A stretch of 64,000 nt of DNA from Verrucomicrobiales bacterium (GCA_028712475.1 JAQTQB010000001.1:458180-522179), one strand, 5' to 3'. Counted from the first letter of the stretch, positions 1-10,081 are shown. Notes: generated by a model from the letters alone, not told the origin. A program made the numbers and translations.

Positions 1-52
1 GCTTTCAAAGAAGTTCAAGCTGCCGTGGGAATTTCTCGATCATCCGACGGGG

Positions 53-106
53 CTGTAGCGGCCGTCTGTGACCGCCGAAAACGGCGCTCATAGAGCACCG
101 CTACAG
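53..106. repeat. Divergent GTAG-hairpin palindromic doublet (ctGTAGCGGCCGTCTGTGACCGCC ... GGCGCTCATAGAGCACCGCTACag)
   Basis: Terminal inverted repeat CTGTAGCGG/CCGCTACAG read directly. Each arm holds a short stem-loop. Lies 8 nt 3' of the stop codon of the GT2 gene at 115. Confidence 0.5.
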
Positions 107-114
107 CACTTAGG

Positions 115-1149
115 TCAGCCGCGATAATCTTTTCCTTCGGCAAATTCAATGTTGGTCGGGCGCTTGATCTGCCGGCCTTCCCTGGCTTTGACGAGCTTTT
201 CAGCAAGCTGCCATAATTTGCGGCTGATGAATCCCGGCAGCAGCAAGATGATGACGAAGGGCAGGACTTTCAGGAACCAGATGGGGCCGGCCTTGAAACT
301 TTCCACCGCCAGCCGCCACGCGTCATGGCCGGTGTTTTGATTGGCAAAACCTTTTTGAAACAGCGTGTATTGCGCGATTTTCTGCGGGTAAAAACTGCGG
401 CCCAGCATTTCGTGCATCATGGCCGTGGCGCAGGGTTTATCTTGCGGTTTTTTGCGCAGGCCGTTCGCAAAGTTTATCCAGCCGACGACGAAATGCAGCG
501 GACGGTAGCCCACGTTGTCCTGCTGGTTGAAAATAAAATCGTTCTTGCAGACGTAAATCAGCGAGTTGCGGCGCACGGCTTCAACAAAATAACAAAGGTT
601 CGAAAGGATGGTGCTGATCTTATAATAACCGCTCAACACGACTTCGGGCGTGACGTTGGCCGTGCGGAAGATGATGCAGGGGATGAACGACGCGGTGTAA
701 AAATAATTGAAGCGACGGTCGCGGATCAAATCCTGCGCGCGGATTTCCGTTCCGCGCGGCAATACGGTGTGGTTCGGCACGCCGAGGAAAACGATGTCGA
801 ATTTCCGCGAGGTCACGGCGGTGACGATCTCGTCGAAATGGGTGAAGTCCAGATGGTCGTCGTCGCACAGAAACCACGCAAACTCCTTTTCGGCGGCTTC
901 CAGTGCGCGCAGGTAATTGCCGCTGATGCCGACGTTGAAGCGGTTGCGGCGGATGACGAAATCGGGAAACAGCTTCGCATATTTGGCGCAAACCGCCGGG
1001 GTCGCGTCGGGCGAGGCGTTGTCAATCACGGTCAGGCGGCAGCGGGCGATGGGGCTGCGGAGCAATTGCTCCAGAGTCTTTTCGAGACATCCGGCGCGGT
1101 TGTAAGTGATGAGCACCACTTCAACCATTTCGTAAAATTCAGGATTCAT
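115..1149 (-). CDS. Glycosyltransferase family 2
   Basis: N-terminus VEVVLITYNRAGCLEKTLEQLL...VIDNASPDATP and an LCDDDH (DxD-like) motif, typical of GT-A/GT2. The opposite-strand ORFs are Arg/Ala-rich shadows. Confidence 0.85.
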   Translation of the reverse strand: MNPEFYEMVEVVLITYNRAGCLEKTLEQLLRSPIARCRLTVIDNASPDATPAVCAKYAKLFPDFVIRRNRFNVGISGNYLRALEAAEKEFAWFLCDDDHLDFTHFDEIVTAVTSRKFDIVFLGVPNHTVLPRGTEIRAQDLIRDRRFNYFYTASFIPCIIFRTANVTPEVVLSGYYKISTILSNLCYFVEAVRRNSLIYVCKNDFIFNQQDNVGYRPLHFVVGWINFANGLRKKPQDKPCATAMMHEMLGRSFYPQKIAQYTLFQKGFANQNTGHDAWRLAVESFKAGPIWFLKVLPFVIILLLPGFISRKLWQLAEKLVKAREGRQIKRPTNIEFAEGKDYRG

Positions 1150-1207
1150 GCAGCCAATGGACTAACGGTTTTGCGTAGGTTTGGACAAGCTTTTTGTCGG
1201 CGCGGTG

Positions 1208-2272
1208 TCAGCAGGCCGGATTATTTTTCTCCACCCATTCGAGCATCATCTTGAGGCCGGCGGTTTTGCTGACCTGCGGCCACCAGCCAAGTAACCGTGC
1301 GGCTTTGGCGGTGTTCGCCACGAAAACCCGCTGGTCGCTCTGGCGCACGGGCAACCGGTCGTAGGCCAGTTCCAGTCCCAGCATTTCACCGAGGATGGAA
1401 AATAATTCGAGCAGCGAAAGGCTGTTCTCCTGTCCGCCACCGATGTTGAAAATTTCTCCCGCGACGGCGGCGCGATGCTCATACGCCGCCGTGTAAAGCC
1501 GGATCAAATCCTCTGCGTGCAGGACATCGCGCACTTGTTTGCCGGTTCCAGAAATGGTGAACCGCGGCAAAGGCTGTTTGCTTTTGTGAGCCTGCTGCTG
1601 GCGGACAGCTTGCGCAACAAACCAGCCGATCCAGCCCTGATCAAACGTGGCGAATTGCCGTCCGCCGTAAATGGACGAATGGCGGAACACCACGGTCTTC
1701 AGTTTGAAATTGCGATGCCAGTCGCGGACGTATTGGTCTGCCGCGCCCTTGGAACAGCCGTAAGGACTGGCGAAATCCAGCGGCAGGCTTTCATCAAAAC
1801 CGTCCGGATGCGCGGGCACGGTGAAACGCGTGGGAGTTTCGGCATATTCCAATTGTTCGAGGTCGCCATAAACTTTATTCGTGGAACTGTAAGCTATGAA
1901 TGCGTCCGGGCTGGAACGCCGCGCGGCCTCCAGCACATTGAAGGTGCCGAGGGCGTTGGTCCGAAAATCCCGGCGTGGGTCGGCCAGCGACACCGTCATC
2001 GCCACCTGCCCCGCCAGATGGCAGACGTAATCGAACGGCCCGTGTTCCCCGAATGCGGCTTGGACGGCGACTTCATCCGCGAGGTCGGCGTGGACATGGG
2101 TCAATTGTCTGTCGCGCGCCTGTGATTTCAGCCACGCCAGATTCGCGGGGCAACCTTCGCGGAACATCGCGTCCACCACCGTCACCTGCCAGCCGGCCTG
2201 CAGATGATGCGCCGCAATGTTGGAACCCAAAAAACCGCAACCGCCCGTGACCAGAATTTTTTTCATACTCAT
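1208..2272 (-). CDS. NAD-dependent SDR epimerase/dehydratase, CDP-paratose 2-epimerase-like
   Basis: Rossmann motif KKILVTGGCGFLGSNI and a YGCSKGAADQY catalytic YxxxK. The size (354 aa) and position after rfbH plus a short SDR match the tyv/rfbE slot of dideoxyhexose operons. Confidence 0.75.
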   Translation of the reverse strand: MSMKKILVTGGCGFLGSNIAAHHLQAGWQVTVVDAMFREGCPANLAWLKSQARDRQLTHVHADLADEVAVQAAFGEHGPFDYVCHLAGQVAMTVSLADPRRDFRTNALGTFNVLEAARRSSPDAFIAYSSTNKVYGDLEQLEYAETPTRFTVPAHPDGFDESLPLDFASPYGCSKGAADQYVRDWHRNFKLKTVVFRHSSIYGGRQFATFDQGWIGWFVAQAVRQQQAHKSKQPLPRFTISGTGKQVRDVLHAEDLIRLYTAAYEHRAAVAGEIFNIGGGQENSLSLLELFSILGEMLGLELAYDRLPVRQSDQRVFVANTAKAARLLGWWPQVSKTAGLKMMLEWVEKNNPAC

Positions 2273-2280
2273 TCCAATTC

Positions 2281-3168
2281 TTATGTGAGCGAAGCCAGCG
2301 TCCGCTGCAAACCATCCGTCAGCGAGATTTGCGGATGCCAGCCCATCGCAGTCAGTGCGGAAATATCCGCCTGCGCCAGCATCGGCTCGCCGGGGCGATG
2401 CGGCAATGCGCCAAATAAAAGTTTTGACCGGCTTCCCGCCAGGCGATGAATCGTCTCCACCAGTTCGCGGATAGGCACCGCCATGCCGTTGCCTATCTCA
2501 ACCTCGTAAAAATTATGCCCGCCGGAAACTGGCTGTTCCAGCACGGCGATAATTGCGCGCACGGCGTCATCAATGTAAATAAAATCGCGCCGCTGCTGGC
2601 CGTCCGTGAGTTTGATCTCCGGCTCGTGCGCGAGGCATTTCATCATCATCGCCGGAATGAATTTCGTCAGGTCATCGCCCGGCCCGTAGAAATGCTGCAG
2701 CTTCAAGTTCGTGATGCGCACCGGCTCCGCCGCCGCCGCCCGCAGCCATTCCACCGCCTGATGCTTGCTGCGCGCGTAAGGATTGACCGCCGGATCGAGA
2801 ATAGTGTCCGCGTGCAAAAAAAGTGGAACCGCATGCCGCTGTGCCTGCTCGAACAATTGCACGGGCAACAGCGTGTTCGCCGCGATCAGATCCGAAATTG
2901 TTTCATTCTTCCGCCCATACAACGCGGCACAATGGATGACGGCGTCCACCCGCGCGCCCGTCGTGAAAGGCGTGGAAAAAGTTTCGGGCGTCAGATGCCA
3001 CTGCACCTTCGCCGCCGCATCGCCGAGCCGGGCGAGATTGCTTTGCGGCCGGTGATACGCATGAACCCGATGGCCGCGTTCCACCAGCGCGCGGCACAAA
3101 TGGCTTCCCAGAAATCCGGTCGCCCCGGTTAGCACGACGGTTTGGGATTTCGGGTTGGCGGAAGGCAT
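2281..3168 (-). CDS. NAD(P)-dependent SDR, CDP-abequose/paratose synthase-like reductase
   Basis: VVLTGATGFLGSHLCRALVERGH Rossmann motif and YARSKHQAV (YxxxK). An ATG at 3168 is preferred over the TTG at 3180. Lies directly downstream of rfbH. Confidence 0.7.
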   Translation of the reverse strand: MPSANPKSQTVVLTGATGFLGSHLCRALVERGHRVHAYHRPQSNLARLGDAAAKVQWHLTPETFSTPFTTGARVDAVIHCAALYGRKNETISDLIAANTLLPVQLFEQAQRHAVPLFLHADTILDPAVNPYARSKHQAVEWLRAAAAEPVRITNLKLQHFYGPGDDLTKFIPAMMMKCLAHEPEIKLTDGQQRRDFIYIDDAVRAIIAVLEQPVSGGHNFYEVEIGNGMAVPIRELVETIHRLAGSRSKLLFGALPHRPGEPMLAQADISALTAMGWHPQISLTDGLQRTLASLT

Positions 3169-3176
3169 GGCGGGAA

Positions 3177-4592
3177 TCAATGTTGCCGGACAAAATTGCG
3201 GATGGTGTCCACCATGTAATCAATCATGGCAGGCGACAGGCCGGGATAAGTGCCGATGAACACGGCTTCGTTCATGATGCGGTCCGCGCCGGCGAGATCG
3301 CCGACAACACGAAACGCGTCAGGCTGTTGTCTCCGCAAGCTGACGAATGCGGGCTGACGGACGAGATTGCCGCCGAACAGCATCCGGTTGCCGATCTTCG
3401 CCGCATCAAGACATTTCACAAATTCGCCGCGCGTGAACGGCGCGGATTTTTTCACGAGCATCATGAAACCGAACCAGGAACATTCCGTTTGATGGCCGGA
3501 GTTGTCCCAAGTGAAACCTTGTGGCGACCATGCGGCGGCGTGGGTCGGGAGCTGGAATTGGATGAATTCCTCCAAGTCCGCCAGGCCGGCGCGGAGCTTG
3601 TTCCAGTTGTCCATCCGCGCCTGAACGAACGCGGGCAGCTTCTTCAACTGCTGCCGGCCAATCGCGGCCTGCGGGTCGAGCGGCTTCAAATTATAGCCGA
3701 GGTGCGAGTAAATATATTTGTGGTCGTAGCCTTCCGGCAGTTCGCCCAGTTTCCAGCCGAAGCGTTTGTTGCAGGTGTTGTCCTTGCCGCTGGCGCACCA
3801 GCAATCACGGCCCCAGTCGCGGAAACTTTCGGCCAGCACCTTGAGTTTCATGTCGCGCACGACGTTCACCGCGCCGCCTTCACCCATCGTCAGGTGATGC
3901 GGCGGATAAAAACTTTGCGTGGAGAGATCTCCGGACGTGCCGGTGAGCTTTCCGTCGTAACGGCAGCCAAGCGCGTCGCAGTTGTCCTCGATGAGCCAGA
4001 GATTATGGCGCTGGCAAAATTCCGTGACGGCGGTGAGGTCAAAGGGATTGCCGAGCGTGTGCGCCATCATCACGGCCTTGGTTTTGCCGGGCGTGAACGC
4101 GGCTTCGAGCTGGTCGGGACGGGCGTTCAACGTGGACGGATCGTTGTCAATGAACACCGGCACGCAGCCGTTCTGCAAAATCGGCGCGACGGTCGTGGGA
4201 AAACCGGCGGCAGCGGTGATGACTTCATCGCCGGGGAGCAACTGACGTTCGCCAAGCTTTTGACTGGTCAGCGCGGACAGCGCAACGAGGTTCGCGGAAG
4301 AACCGGAGTTGACGAGGATGGATTTTTTGACGCCGAGAAACGTGGCGAGTTCATTTTCAAATGCGTCGCCTTCCGGGCCGAGCGTGAGCCAGAAGTCGAG
4401 CGTCGCAGAAACGGCGGCTTCGACTTCATCCTCGTTGAACACGCGGCCCGCATACGGCACGGTGGTCTGGCCGGGAACGAATGCGGGACGCTTGGAGTCT
4501 TCACCCGGACGGTTCGCGCCATGGGTGAGCGCGGAAAATTCGCGCGTGAGGCGGAGGATTTCAGCTTTGATTTCTGCGGGTGATTTTGACAT
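3177..4592 (-). CDS. rfbH: CDP-6-deoxy-D-xylo-4-hexulose-3-dehydrase (E1, DegT/DnrJ/EryC1 family)
   Basis: SFYPPHHLTMGEGG motif with His in place of the Schiff-base Lys, and a Cys cluster GRDCWCASGKDNTCNKRFG typical of RfbH/DdhC. Start taken at MSKSPAEIK (4592), which avoids overlap with rfbG. Confidence 0.85.
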   Translation of the reverse strand: MSKSPAEIKAEILRLTREFSALTHGANRPGEDSKRPAFVPGQTTVPYAGRVFNEDEVEAAVSATLDFWLTLGPEGDAFENELATFLGVKKSILVNSGSSANLVALSALTSQKLGERQLLPGDEVITAAAGFPTTVAPILQNGCVPVFIDNDPSTLNARPDQLEAAFTPGKTKAVMMAHTLGNPFDLTAVTEFCQRHNLWLIEDNCDALGCRYDGKLTGTSGDLSTQSFYPPHHLTMGEGGAVNVVRDMKLKVLAESFRDWGRDCWCASGKDNTCNKRFGWKLGELPEGYDHKYIYSHLGYNLKPLDPQAAIGRQQLKKLPAFVQARMDNWNKLRAGLADLEEFIQFQLPTHAAAWSPQGFTWDNSGHQTECSWFGFMMLVKKSAPFTRGEFVKCLDAAKIGNRMLFGGNLVRQPAFVSLRRQQPDAFRVVGDLAGADRIMNEAVFIGTYPGLSPAMIDYMVDTIRNFVRQH

Positions 4593-4600
4593 CGGAAATT

Positions 4601-5707
4601 TTATCGGACGGCCCATGCGGTTTTCGCAGCGCGGGCGGCGGCTTCATATTCTTCAATCTGCGTGACGGTCAACGCTTCCGCAACCTTTTCGCCGCGCTCA
4701 TGGACGGCGCGATACCAGCCGACCGTTTCCGCGATGGCGGTCTCAAAATTCCAGGTCGGATGCCAGTGCAGCAGCCGTTTCGCCTTTGCGGTCGAAAGCA
4801 TGAGGAGCTTCGCTTCGTGGAGATCGTGCGGACTGCTTTTGTCGTCCCAACGGCCAGGCCAGTTTTTCAAAACTTCGCGGACGAGTTCGCCGACGTTGCG
4901 GTTGGCTTCCTTTTCGGGGCCAAAATTAAACGGGCCGGAAATATCTTTTGCTTCCGCATCAACAAGCTTCGGTTGCGCGAGCGTGGTCGCGAGCCAGAGA
5001 TAGCCGCTTAAGGGTTCGAGCACATGCTGCCACGGGCGCGTGGCGGAAGGATTGCGGACGGGAATGGTCTCGCCACGTTGCAAGGCGCGGATACAGTCGG
5101 GCACGATGCGGTCAAGCGCCCAGTCACCGCCGCCGATGACGTTGCCGGCGCGGGCGCTGGCGATGCGGACAGGCGATTTGCCAAAGAATGAACGGCGATA
5201 CGCGCTGATGACGATTTCCGCCGCTCCTTTGCTGGAGCTGTAAGGGTCGTGTCCGCCCAGATGATCTTCCTCGGTGTAGGCGTAATCCTGCTCGCGGTTT
5301 TCGTAGCACTTGTCGGTGGTGACGAGCACGGCGGCGCAAGGTTTGGCGAGCGAGCGCAACGCTTCCAGCACATGCGCAGTGCCCATGACGTTGGTGGCGT
5401 AGGTTTCCAGCGGTTGCTCGTAGGACAGACGCACCAGCGGCTGGGCGGCGAGGTGGAAAACAAAGTCGGGCTTCGTCCGCACAATGGATTTTTTTACGAC
5501 GGCAAAATCCCGGACGTCGCCGATCTCGTGTTCGATTTCTTTTTCAAGTCCGAGCTGTGAAAAAATGGCGGGCTTGGTGTCCGGCGGCAGCGCGAAGCCG
5601 TGAACGCGCGCGCCGAGGCTCAACAACCAGCGCGTGAGCCACGAACCTTTGAAGCCGGTGTGGCCGGAAAGCCAGACGGTCTTGCCTTGGAATGCGTCGG
5701 CGAACAT
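4601..5707 (-). CDS. rfbG: CDP-glucose 4,6-dehydratase
   Basis: FQGKTVWLSGHTGFKGSWLTRWLLSLGARVHGFAL and YSSSKGAAE are hallmarks of RfbG/DdhB. Confidence 0.9.
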   Translation of the reverse strand: MFADAFQGKTVWLSGHTGFKGSWLTRWLLSLGARVHGFALPPDTKPAIFSQLGLEKEIEHEIGDVRDFAVVKKSIVRTKPDFVFHLAAQPLVRLSYEQPLETYATNVMGTAHVLEALRSLAKPCAAVLVTTDKCYENREQDYAYTEEDHLGGHDPYSSSKGAAEIVISAYRRSFFGKSPVRIASARAGNVIGGGDWALDRIVPDCIRALQRGETIPVRNPSATRPWQHVLEPLSGYLWLATTLAQPKLVDAEAKDISGPFNFGPEKEANRNVGELVREVLKNWPGRWDDKSSPHDLHEAKLLMLSTAKAKRLLHWHPTWNFETAIAETVGWYRAVHERGEKVAEALTVTQIEEYEAAARAAKTAWAVR

Positions 5708-5714
5708 GGGGCGG

Positions 5715-6506
5715 TTATTTGAGCCACGGCGGATTGCCCGCCTCGACCAGCGCGGTCAACTGCTCGCGGTCGCGCTGCGTGTCCATGCACGCCCAGAAGC
5801 CGGAATGTTTGTGGATGTTCAACTGGCCGTCGCGCGCGAGCTTCATCAGCGGCTCGCGTTCGAGCATGGATTTTTCGTCCTCGGACAGATAGCTGTCGAA
5901 ATCGCGGTGGAAGAAGAAATAGCCGCCGCTGATCCAATGGCCTTCGATGTCGGGCTTCTCGGCAAATTCCACCACGCGGTCGCCTTCCGTTTTGATTTCG
6001 CCGAAGCGGGAGGGCGGATTGACACCGAGCACGGTGCCGATTTTTTTTTGCGCGAGGTGGTAACGGAATTCCTCCGCGAGGTCGGCGTCCGTCACGCCGT
6101 CGCCGTAAGTCACCGCGAAATGTTCCGACTGGCCAAGATATTTCCGCACAGCCTGGGCGACGCGGCTGCCGGTGAAGTTTTTTTCGCCGGTGTAGGCAAG
6201 GGTCACTTCCCAGTCGAGCTGCCGGTGGTGTTCGTGGACGACGACTTCGTTGGTTTTGAGCCGGATGGTGCAATCGGCGTTGTGCAGGTGAAAATCGCGG
6301 AAATAATCTTTCACGACCTCGGCCTTGAAACCGAGGCACAGCACAAAGCGGCGGAAGCCATGCTGCGCGTAGCTTTGCATGACGTGCCAGAGGATCGGAT
6401 GCTCGCCGATGGGCACCATCGGCTTGGGACGGAATTCGGTTTCCTCCTTGAGCCGCGTGCCCAGGCCGCCGCACAGGATGAATACTGGAACGTCTGCCGT
6501 GTTCAT
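5715..6506 (-). CDS. rfbF: Glucose-1-phosphate cytidylyltransferase
   Basis: VFILCGGLGTRLKEETEFRPKPMVPIGEHPILWHVMQSYAQHGF is characteristic of RfbF/DdhA. The internal start MNTADVP at 6506 fits the usual length of about 260 aa better than the ORF start at 6560. Confidence 0.9.
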   Translation of the reverse strand: MNTADVPVFILCGGLGTRLKEETEFRPKPMVPIGEHPILWHVMQSYAQHGFRRFVLCLGFKAEVVKDYFRDFHLHNADCTIRLKTNEVVVHEHHRQLDWEVTLAYTGEKNFTGSRVAQAVRKYLGQSEHFAVTYGDGVTDADLAEEFRYHLAQKKIGTVLGVNPPSRFGEIKTEGDRVVEFAEKPDIEGHWISGGYFFFHRDFDSYLSEDEKSMLEREPLMKLARDGQLNIHKHSGFWACMDTQRDREQLTALVEAGNPPWLK

Positions 6507-6578
6507 GCGTTTATGCTGGTGAAACAAGCCTGCCAATGAAAGCGCAAACTTGTCCGGCACGTTTAACCTGCCCGGATA

Positions 6579-9302
6579 TTATGGTTCACCTGCCGGCTTG
6601 CGACGGCCCAGGAAAATGAGGAGGCCGATCAACACGAACCCGGTGGCGATGGCGGCCAGCGTGATTTTGAGCGGGCCGTTCGGGAGCCTGAATTGAAATT
6701 CCACGGTGTGCGGCCCGGCGGGCAGATAAACGCCGCGCATGATGAAGTTGCAGCGCAGCAGTTCCGCCGGCTTGCCGTCCACCCGCACGCGCCAGTTCAC
6801 ATCAAACCGGTCGTTCAACAGCAGCACCGACGGCGCTTCGGATTTCGTGTCGAAGATGATGTCGGTGGGCTTGTAACTTTTGAATTCAACCGTGCCAGAG
6901 TTTTGATTGGTGGATGGCGCGGCTGGCAGCGGCGCGGCCACGAGGACGGTTTGTTGGGGATCGAAATTTTTGTCGCCCAACATTTTCAGCGTGGCCTCGT
7001 CGTTCGTGCTGACCTGCCAGTGGGAATAAAGTTTCACGCGCGGCAGGGCGCCGGTGAATTCAAAGAGCGCGTAGGCACCGGTGTCGCTCGTGACGGCGGT
7101 CAGTTCTTCGAGCCGGGTCGGTCTTTCAATTCCTGGTTTGGGCACGACATCAAACCGCTGGGCGATGCGAAAACGCTGTTGCCCGGCGTCAAGCTGGCTG
7201 TTCATCACGTCGAGAAATCCCGCCGGGCCGAGCAGGTGACGGGTGTTGGTCAACTGCCAGCGGCGCGGGATGAGATAGGACGAGTCCTCCGAGTTGCGGG
7301 GCTGGAGCGCCTTTTCAAAGGCCTCCAGATCGGCGGGCATGCGCGACATCTGGATGATGTCCAGTGATTGGATGTTGTAATACGGAAAATGATGCTGCGC
7401 CCATTCGATGCGGTAAAGCTGGTCAAACAACTGGAATTGTTCCGGCATGCGGAACGGCAGGACGGCGACGCGGTTTTCGTAGGGCCGCTCTTTCAGAATA
7501 TCCACGATGGGGTTGCTGGCGTATTTCTGTGCGTAGTCCCAGTGGATGATCCACGGCAGATTGGCCCGACCAAGATCCAAAAGCAGCAGCGTGCCGAGCA
7601 GAATGCCGCCGAGCTTCGCCCGTTTGCCCGCGAAAACCCCGGCGATGACCAGCGTGCAAAGTCCGGCCGCCGCCGCAAAATAAAAAATAAACCAGACGAC
7701 CTGCGCGCTGCTGAACGCGGCGATTTCCCTCGCCATGCCTTCGTCCGGGAAGCCGACCATTTGCAAATACTTGACCAAGGCCGGTGTTTGCGCCGAGTAA
7801 ATCAACCAGCCCAGCACGCTGCCGAGGACGGCCACGCCGCAGGCGATGGTCCAATTGCGATCAAAGCCCCGGACTTTCGCCCACCAGTTTTTGAGCTGGA
7901 TGAAAGGCGAACTGGAACCGCTGGCCGGAACTTCCAGATAGCGCCGGCTCAAGGCGTGGACGCCGCAGCCGAACAAAATCACGATGACCCACGAAAAGAC
8001 GAGGATGAATTTGGCCGGATTCCGGATGGTGGAAAAATAGGGCAGATGATAAAGCAGCGCATAAAACCCAGGCGAATCATATTCCTTGGAGAACGGCGCA
8101 AACCTTCCCCATGCCAGCGGCAATGACAAGGCCAGCACCGCCGTCCAGAACCAGATGAACCGTTTTTGACTGGCGGTGAACACGGAGTTTTCCCGCCGGA
8201 ACGATTGCGCGACGGCCCACGCCGCAATCAGCGCGACGAGGATTCCCGCATAAACACCACCACCGGCGAAACGCATGAAGCCCGACGGCGGTTGCGGGCC
8301 TTGCCGCCCACCATCGAAATACCGGTCAATCGCCGGATCACGCCCGACACCACCCCAATACTGGCCACCCTTGTAGGCATCCTGCAGCGCGGGCATCATG
8401 TTGTTGGGCGTGTCCATTTTGTAACCGAACAGGCCCGGCACGAACACGGCCAGCGTTTCGGCCTTGGGCAGGCTCCATTGCGTTGCCCAATCCCAACGGG
8501 CTGCTTTCGTCTCCTTTTCCTGCCCCGTTCCGGCGATGCCGGTGATTTGCGAACCGATCAGCGCCACCACGATTTGGGTGGCAATGAATCCGGCAAAACC
8601 CGCCACGACCACCACCCGCAGGATGCCGCCGCCGATTTTTTTCAAGGCCGGAACACCATCTTCATTCAGCGCCTTGAAAAAAACATATGCGGCGATGAAC
8701 AAACTGAAGATCGCGCCGATGTCCGCCGCCTCCATCACGTTGACGCCCACGCAAAGCCCCGCCAGCGCCAGCCGCGACCAGCGCGTCAGCCAGGGAGTTT
8801 CCGCCGTGTTGGAAACCACCAGCCCCAGCGCAAAAAAATCCATGCCGATGGCGATCTGCTGCGAGGCGACGCCCCAGCACGCCGTCGAGAAAAAGGTGGA
8901 ATTCAACGCCGCCGCCAGCCCGCCCAAAACCGCCGCCAGCGGGGAAAATTTCAATTGCCGGAAAAAGAACCACGCGCCCACGCCCAGAATCCACAAGGCG
9001 ACGGGGGCGAGAAATTTGGCGTAACCGACCGGTTCTAGCAGCCAGCGGACGGCCGATGTGATGCTGGGCGAAAATGCACCCGCGCTCGAACCTATGCTGT
9101 TGAGATCATACCAGGATCCCGTGATGGCCTCGGGCAGGTGCATCCACGCGCCGTTCTGCATGCCCAGCGGGCCGTCGTTGGAAAAGTGGACGAATCCGGG
9201 TAGAAAGCTCCGCCAGAACAGGACGGCCAGCACGAGGAGCAGCAGCAACGGGGCGAACCATCCGCGCGGGCGGGCGGTGGAAGTGGATTTCAAATTTTTC
9301 AT
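6579..9302 (-). CDS. Large polytopic membrane protein, YfhO/GT-C-like (putative glycan transferase or polymerase)
   Basis: 907 aa. Many predicted TM helices across the first ~600 aa, then a ~280-aa soluble beta-rich region and a final TM plus RRK anchor. This is the architecture of YfhO-type proteins. The functional call is by architecture only. Confidence 0.55.
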   Translation of the reverse strand: MKNLKSTSTARPRGWFAPLLLLLVLAVLFWRSFLPGFVHFSNDGPLGMQNGAWMHLPEAITGSWYDLNSIGSSAGAFSPSITSAVRWLLEPVGYAKFLAPVALWILGVGAWFFFRQLKFSPLAAVLGGLAAALNSTFFSTACWGVASQQIAIGMDFFALGLVVSNTAETPWLTRWSRLALAGLCVGVNVMEAADIGAIFSLFIAAYVFFKALNEDGVPALKKIGGGILRVVVVAGFAGFIATQIVVALIGSQITGIAGTGQEKETKAARWDWATQWSLPKAETLAVFVPGLFGYKMDTPNNMMPALQDAYKGGQYWGGVGRDPAIDRYFDGGRQGPQPPSGFMRFAGGGVYAGILVALIAAWAVAQSFRRENSVFTASQKRFIWFWTAVLALSLPLAWGRFAPFSKEYDSPGFYALLYHLPYFSTIRNPAKFILVFSWVIVILFGCGVHALSRRYLEVPASGSSSPFIQLKNWWAKVRGFDRNWTIACGVAVLGSVLGWLIYSAQTPALVKYLQMVGFPDEGMAREIAAFSSAQVVWFIFYFAAAAGLCTLVIAGVFAGKRAKLGGILLGTLLLLDLGRANLPWIIHWDYAQKYASNPIVDILKERPYENRVAVLPFRMPEQFQLFDQLYRIEWAQHHFPYYNIQSLDIIQMSRMPADLEAFEKALQPRNSEDSSYLIPRRWQLTNTRHLLGPAGFLDVMNSQLDAGQQRFRIAQRFDVVPKPGIERPTRLEELTAVTSDTGAYALFEFTGALPRVKLYSHWQVSTNDEATLKMLGDKNFDPQQTVLVAAPLPAAPSTNQNSGTVEFKSYKPTDIIFDTKSEAPSVLLLNDRFDVNWRVRVDGKPAELLRCNFIMRGVYLPAGPHTVEFQFRLPNGPLKITLAAIATGFVLIGLLIFLGRRKPAGEP

Positions 9303-9326
9303 GCGTTTATTTTTTGGTCGGACACA

Positions 9327-10073
9327 TTATTTCACAGTGATGACGCCGATGCCAAACATGCCCTGCGCCGGGTTTTCAATGAACTCCCAATGTTCACGGC
9401 CTTGTTTAAGCTGGCTCCACAATTCGTCCACATGGCAGCCGTATTCCGCTAGATGCACGCAGACATCGTGGAAAACAATCGCCCCGCCGGATTTGACCAG
9501 CGGCGAATACATTTCATAATCCTGCCGCACGCCAGCCAGGGTGTGGTCGCCATCAATGAACAAAAAATCCAGCCCGCCGGGCGGCACCAGTTTTTTCACC
9601 GCGTCGAGCATCGCCGGATAGTGCGAATTGCCGCGCAGCAGGTGCATCCGCTGATTGGCCCGGGCAAACCGGCGGTAGAGCAGAATCTTCCAGGCCGGAT
9701 AACCGCCGCCGTGGATGCCGCCCGGCAGATCCAGGCTGATGACCGCCGCGTCAGGCGCAGCCATCGCGCACCAGCAAAACAACGTGCCGCCGCGCGCCGT
9801 GCCGATCTCCAAAACCGCGCGGGGTGCCGGACGGCCAGCCATCCAGTGGAGCAGGCCGGACAATTCTGATCTGGCCTGCCCCGGGCAGATCAGTCCGCGC
9901 CCGGCCTCCCAGATGAATTTGATGATCGCTTCCGGCTTCGCTTCCGGCCGCCGCGCGGCCAGAAAACGCGCAGCGGCGGCGAGGTCGCCAAAATAGGTGC
10001 GGATTTTTCGGAACAGCGAACCAAAGCCCTCCTTGCGGATGGTGCGCCAGGTGATTCTCAATTCGTAAAACAT
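9327..10073 (-). CDS. Class I SAM-dependent methyltransferase (CmcI/Methyltransf_24-like)
   Basis: VLEIGTARGGTLFCW (motif I-like) and FLFIDGDHTLAGVRQDYEMY...GGAIVFHD. Confidence 0.75.
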   Translation of the reverse strand: MFYELRITWRTIRKEGFGSLFRKIRTYFGDLAAAARFLAARRPEAKPEAIIKFIWEAGRGLICPGQARSELSGLLHWMAGRPAPRAVLEIGTARGGTLFCWCAMAAPDAAVISLDLPGGIHGGGYPAWKILLYRRFARANQRMHLLRGNSHYPAMLDAVKKLVPPGGLDFLFIDGDHTLAGVRQDYEMYSPLVKSGGAIVFHDVCVHLAEYGCHVDELWSQLKQGREHWEFIENPAQGMFGIGVITVK

Positions 10074-10081
10074 ATTTTTTG

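Noticed and set aside
3180-4583. 467-aa plus-strand ORF antisense to rfbH. Similar long antisense ORFs lie at 325-1254, 5634-6539, 51026-52414, 53978-55045, 55098-56339, 33283-34257 and 37763-39112.
   Set aside because: Each lies exactly opposite a gene with strong family signatures and has shadow-ORF composition. Long antisense ORFs are expected at this GC content.
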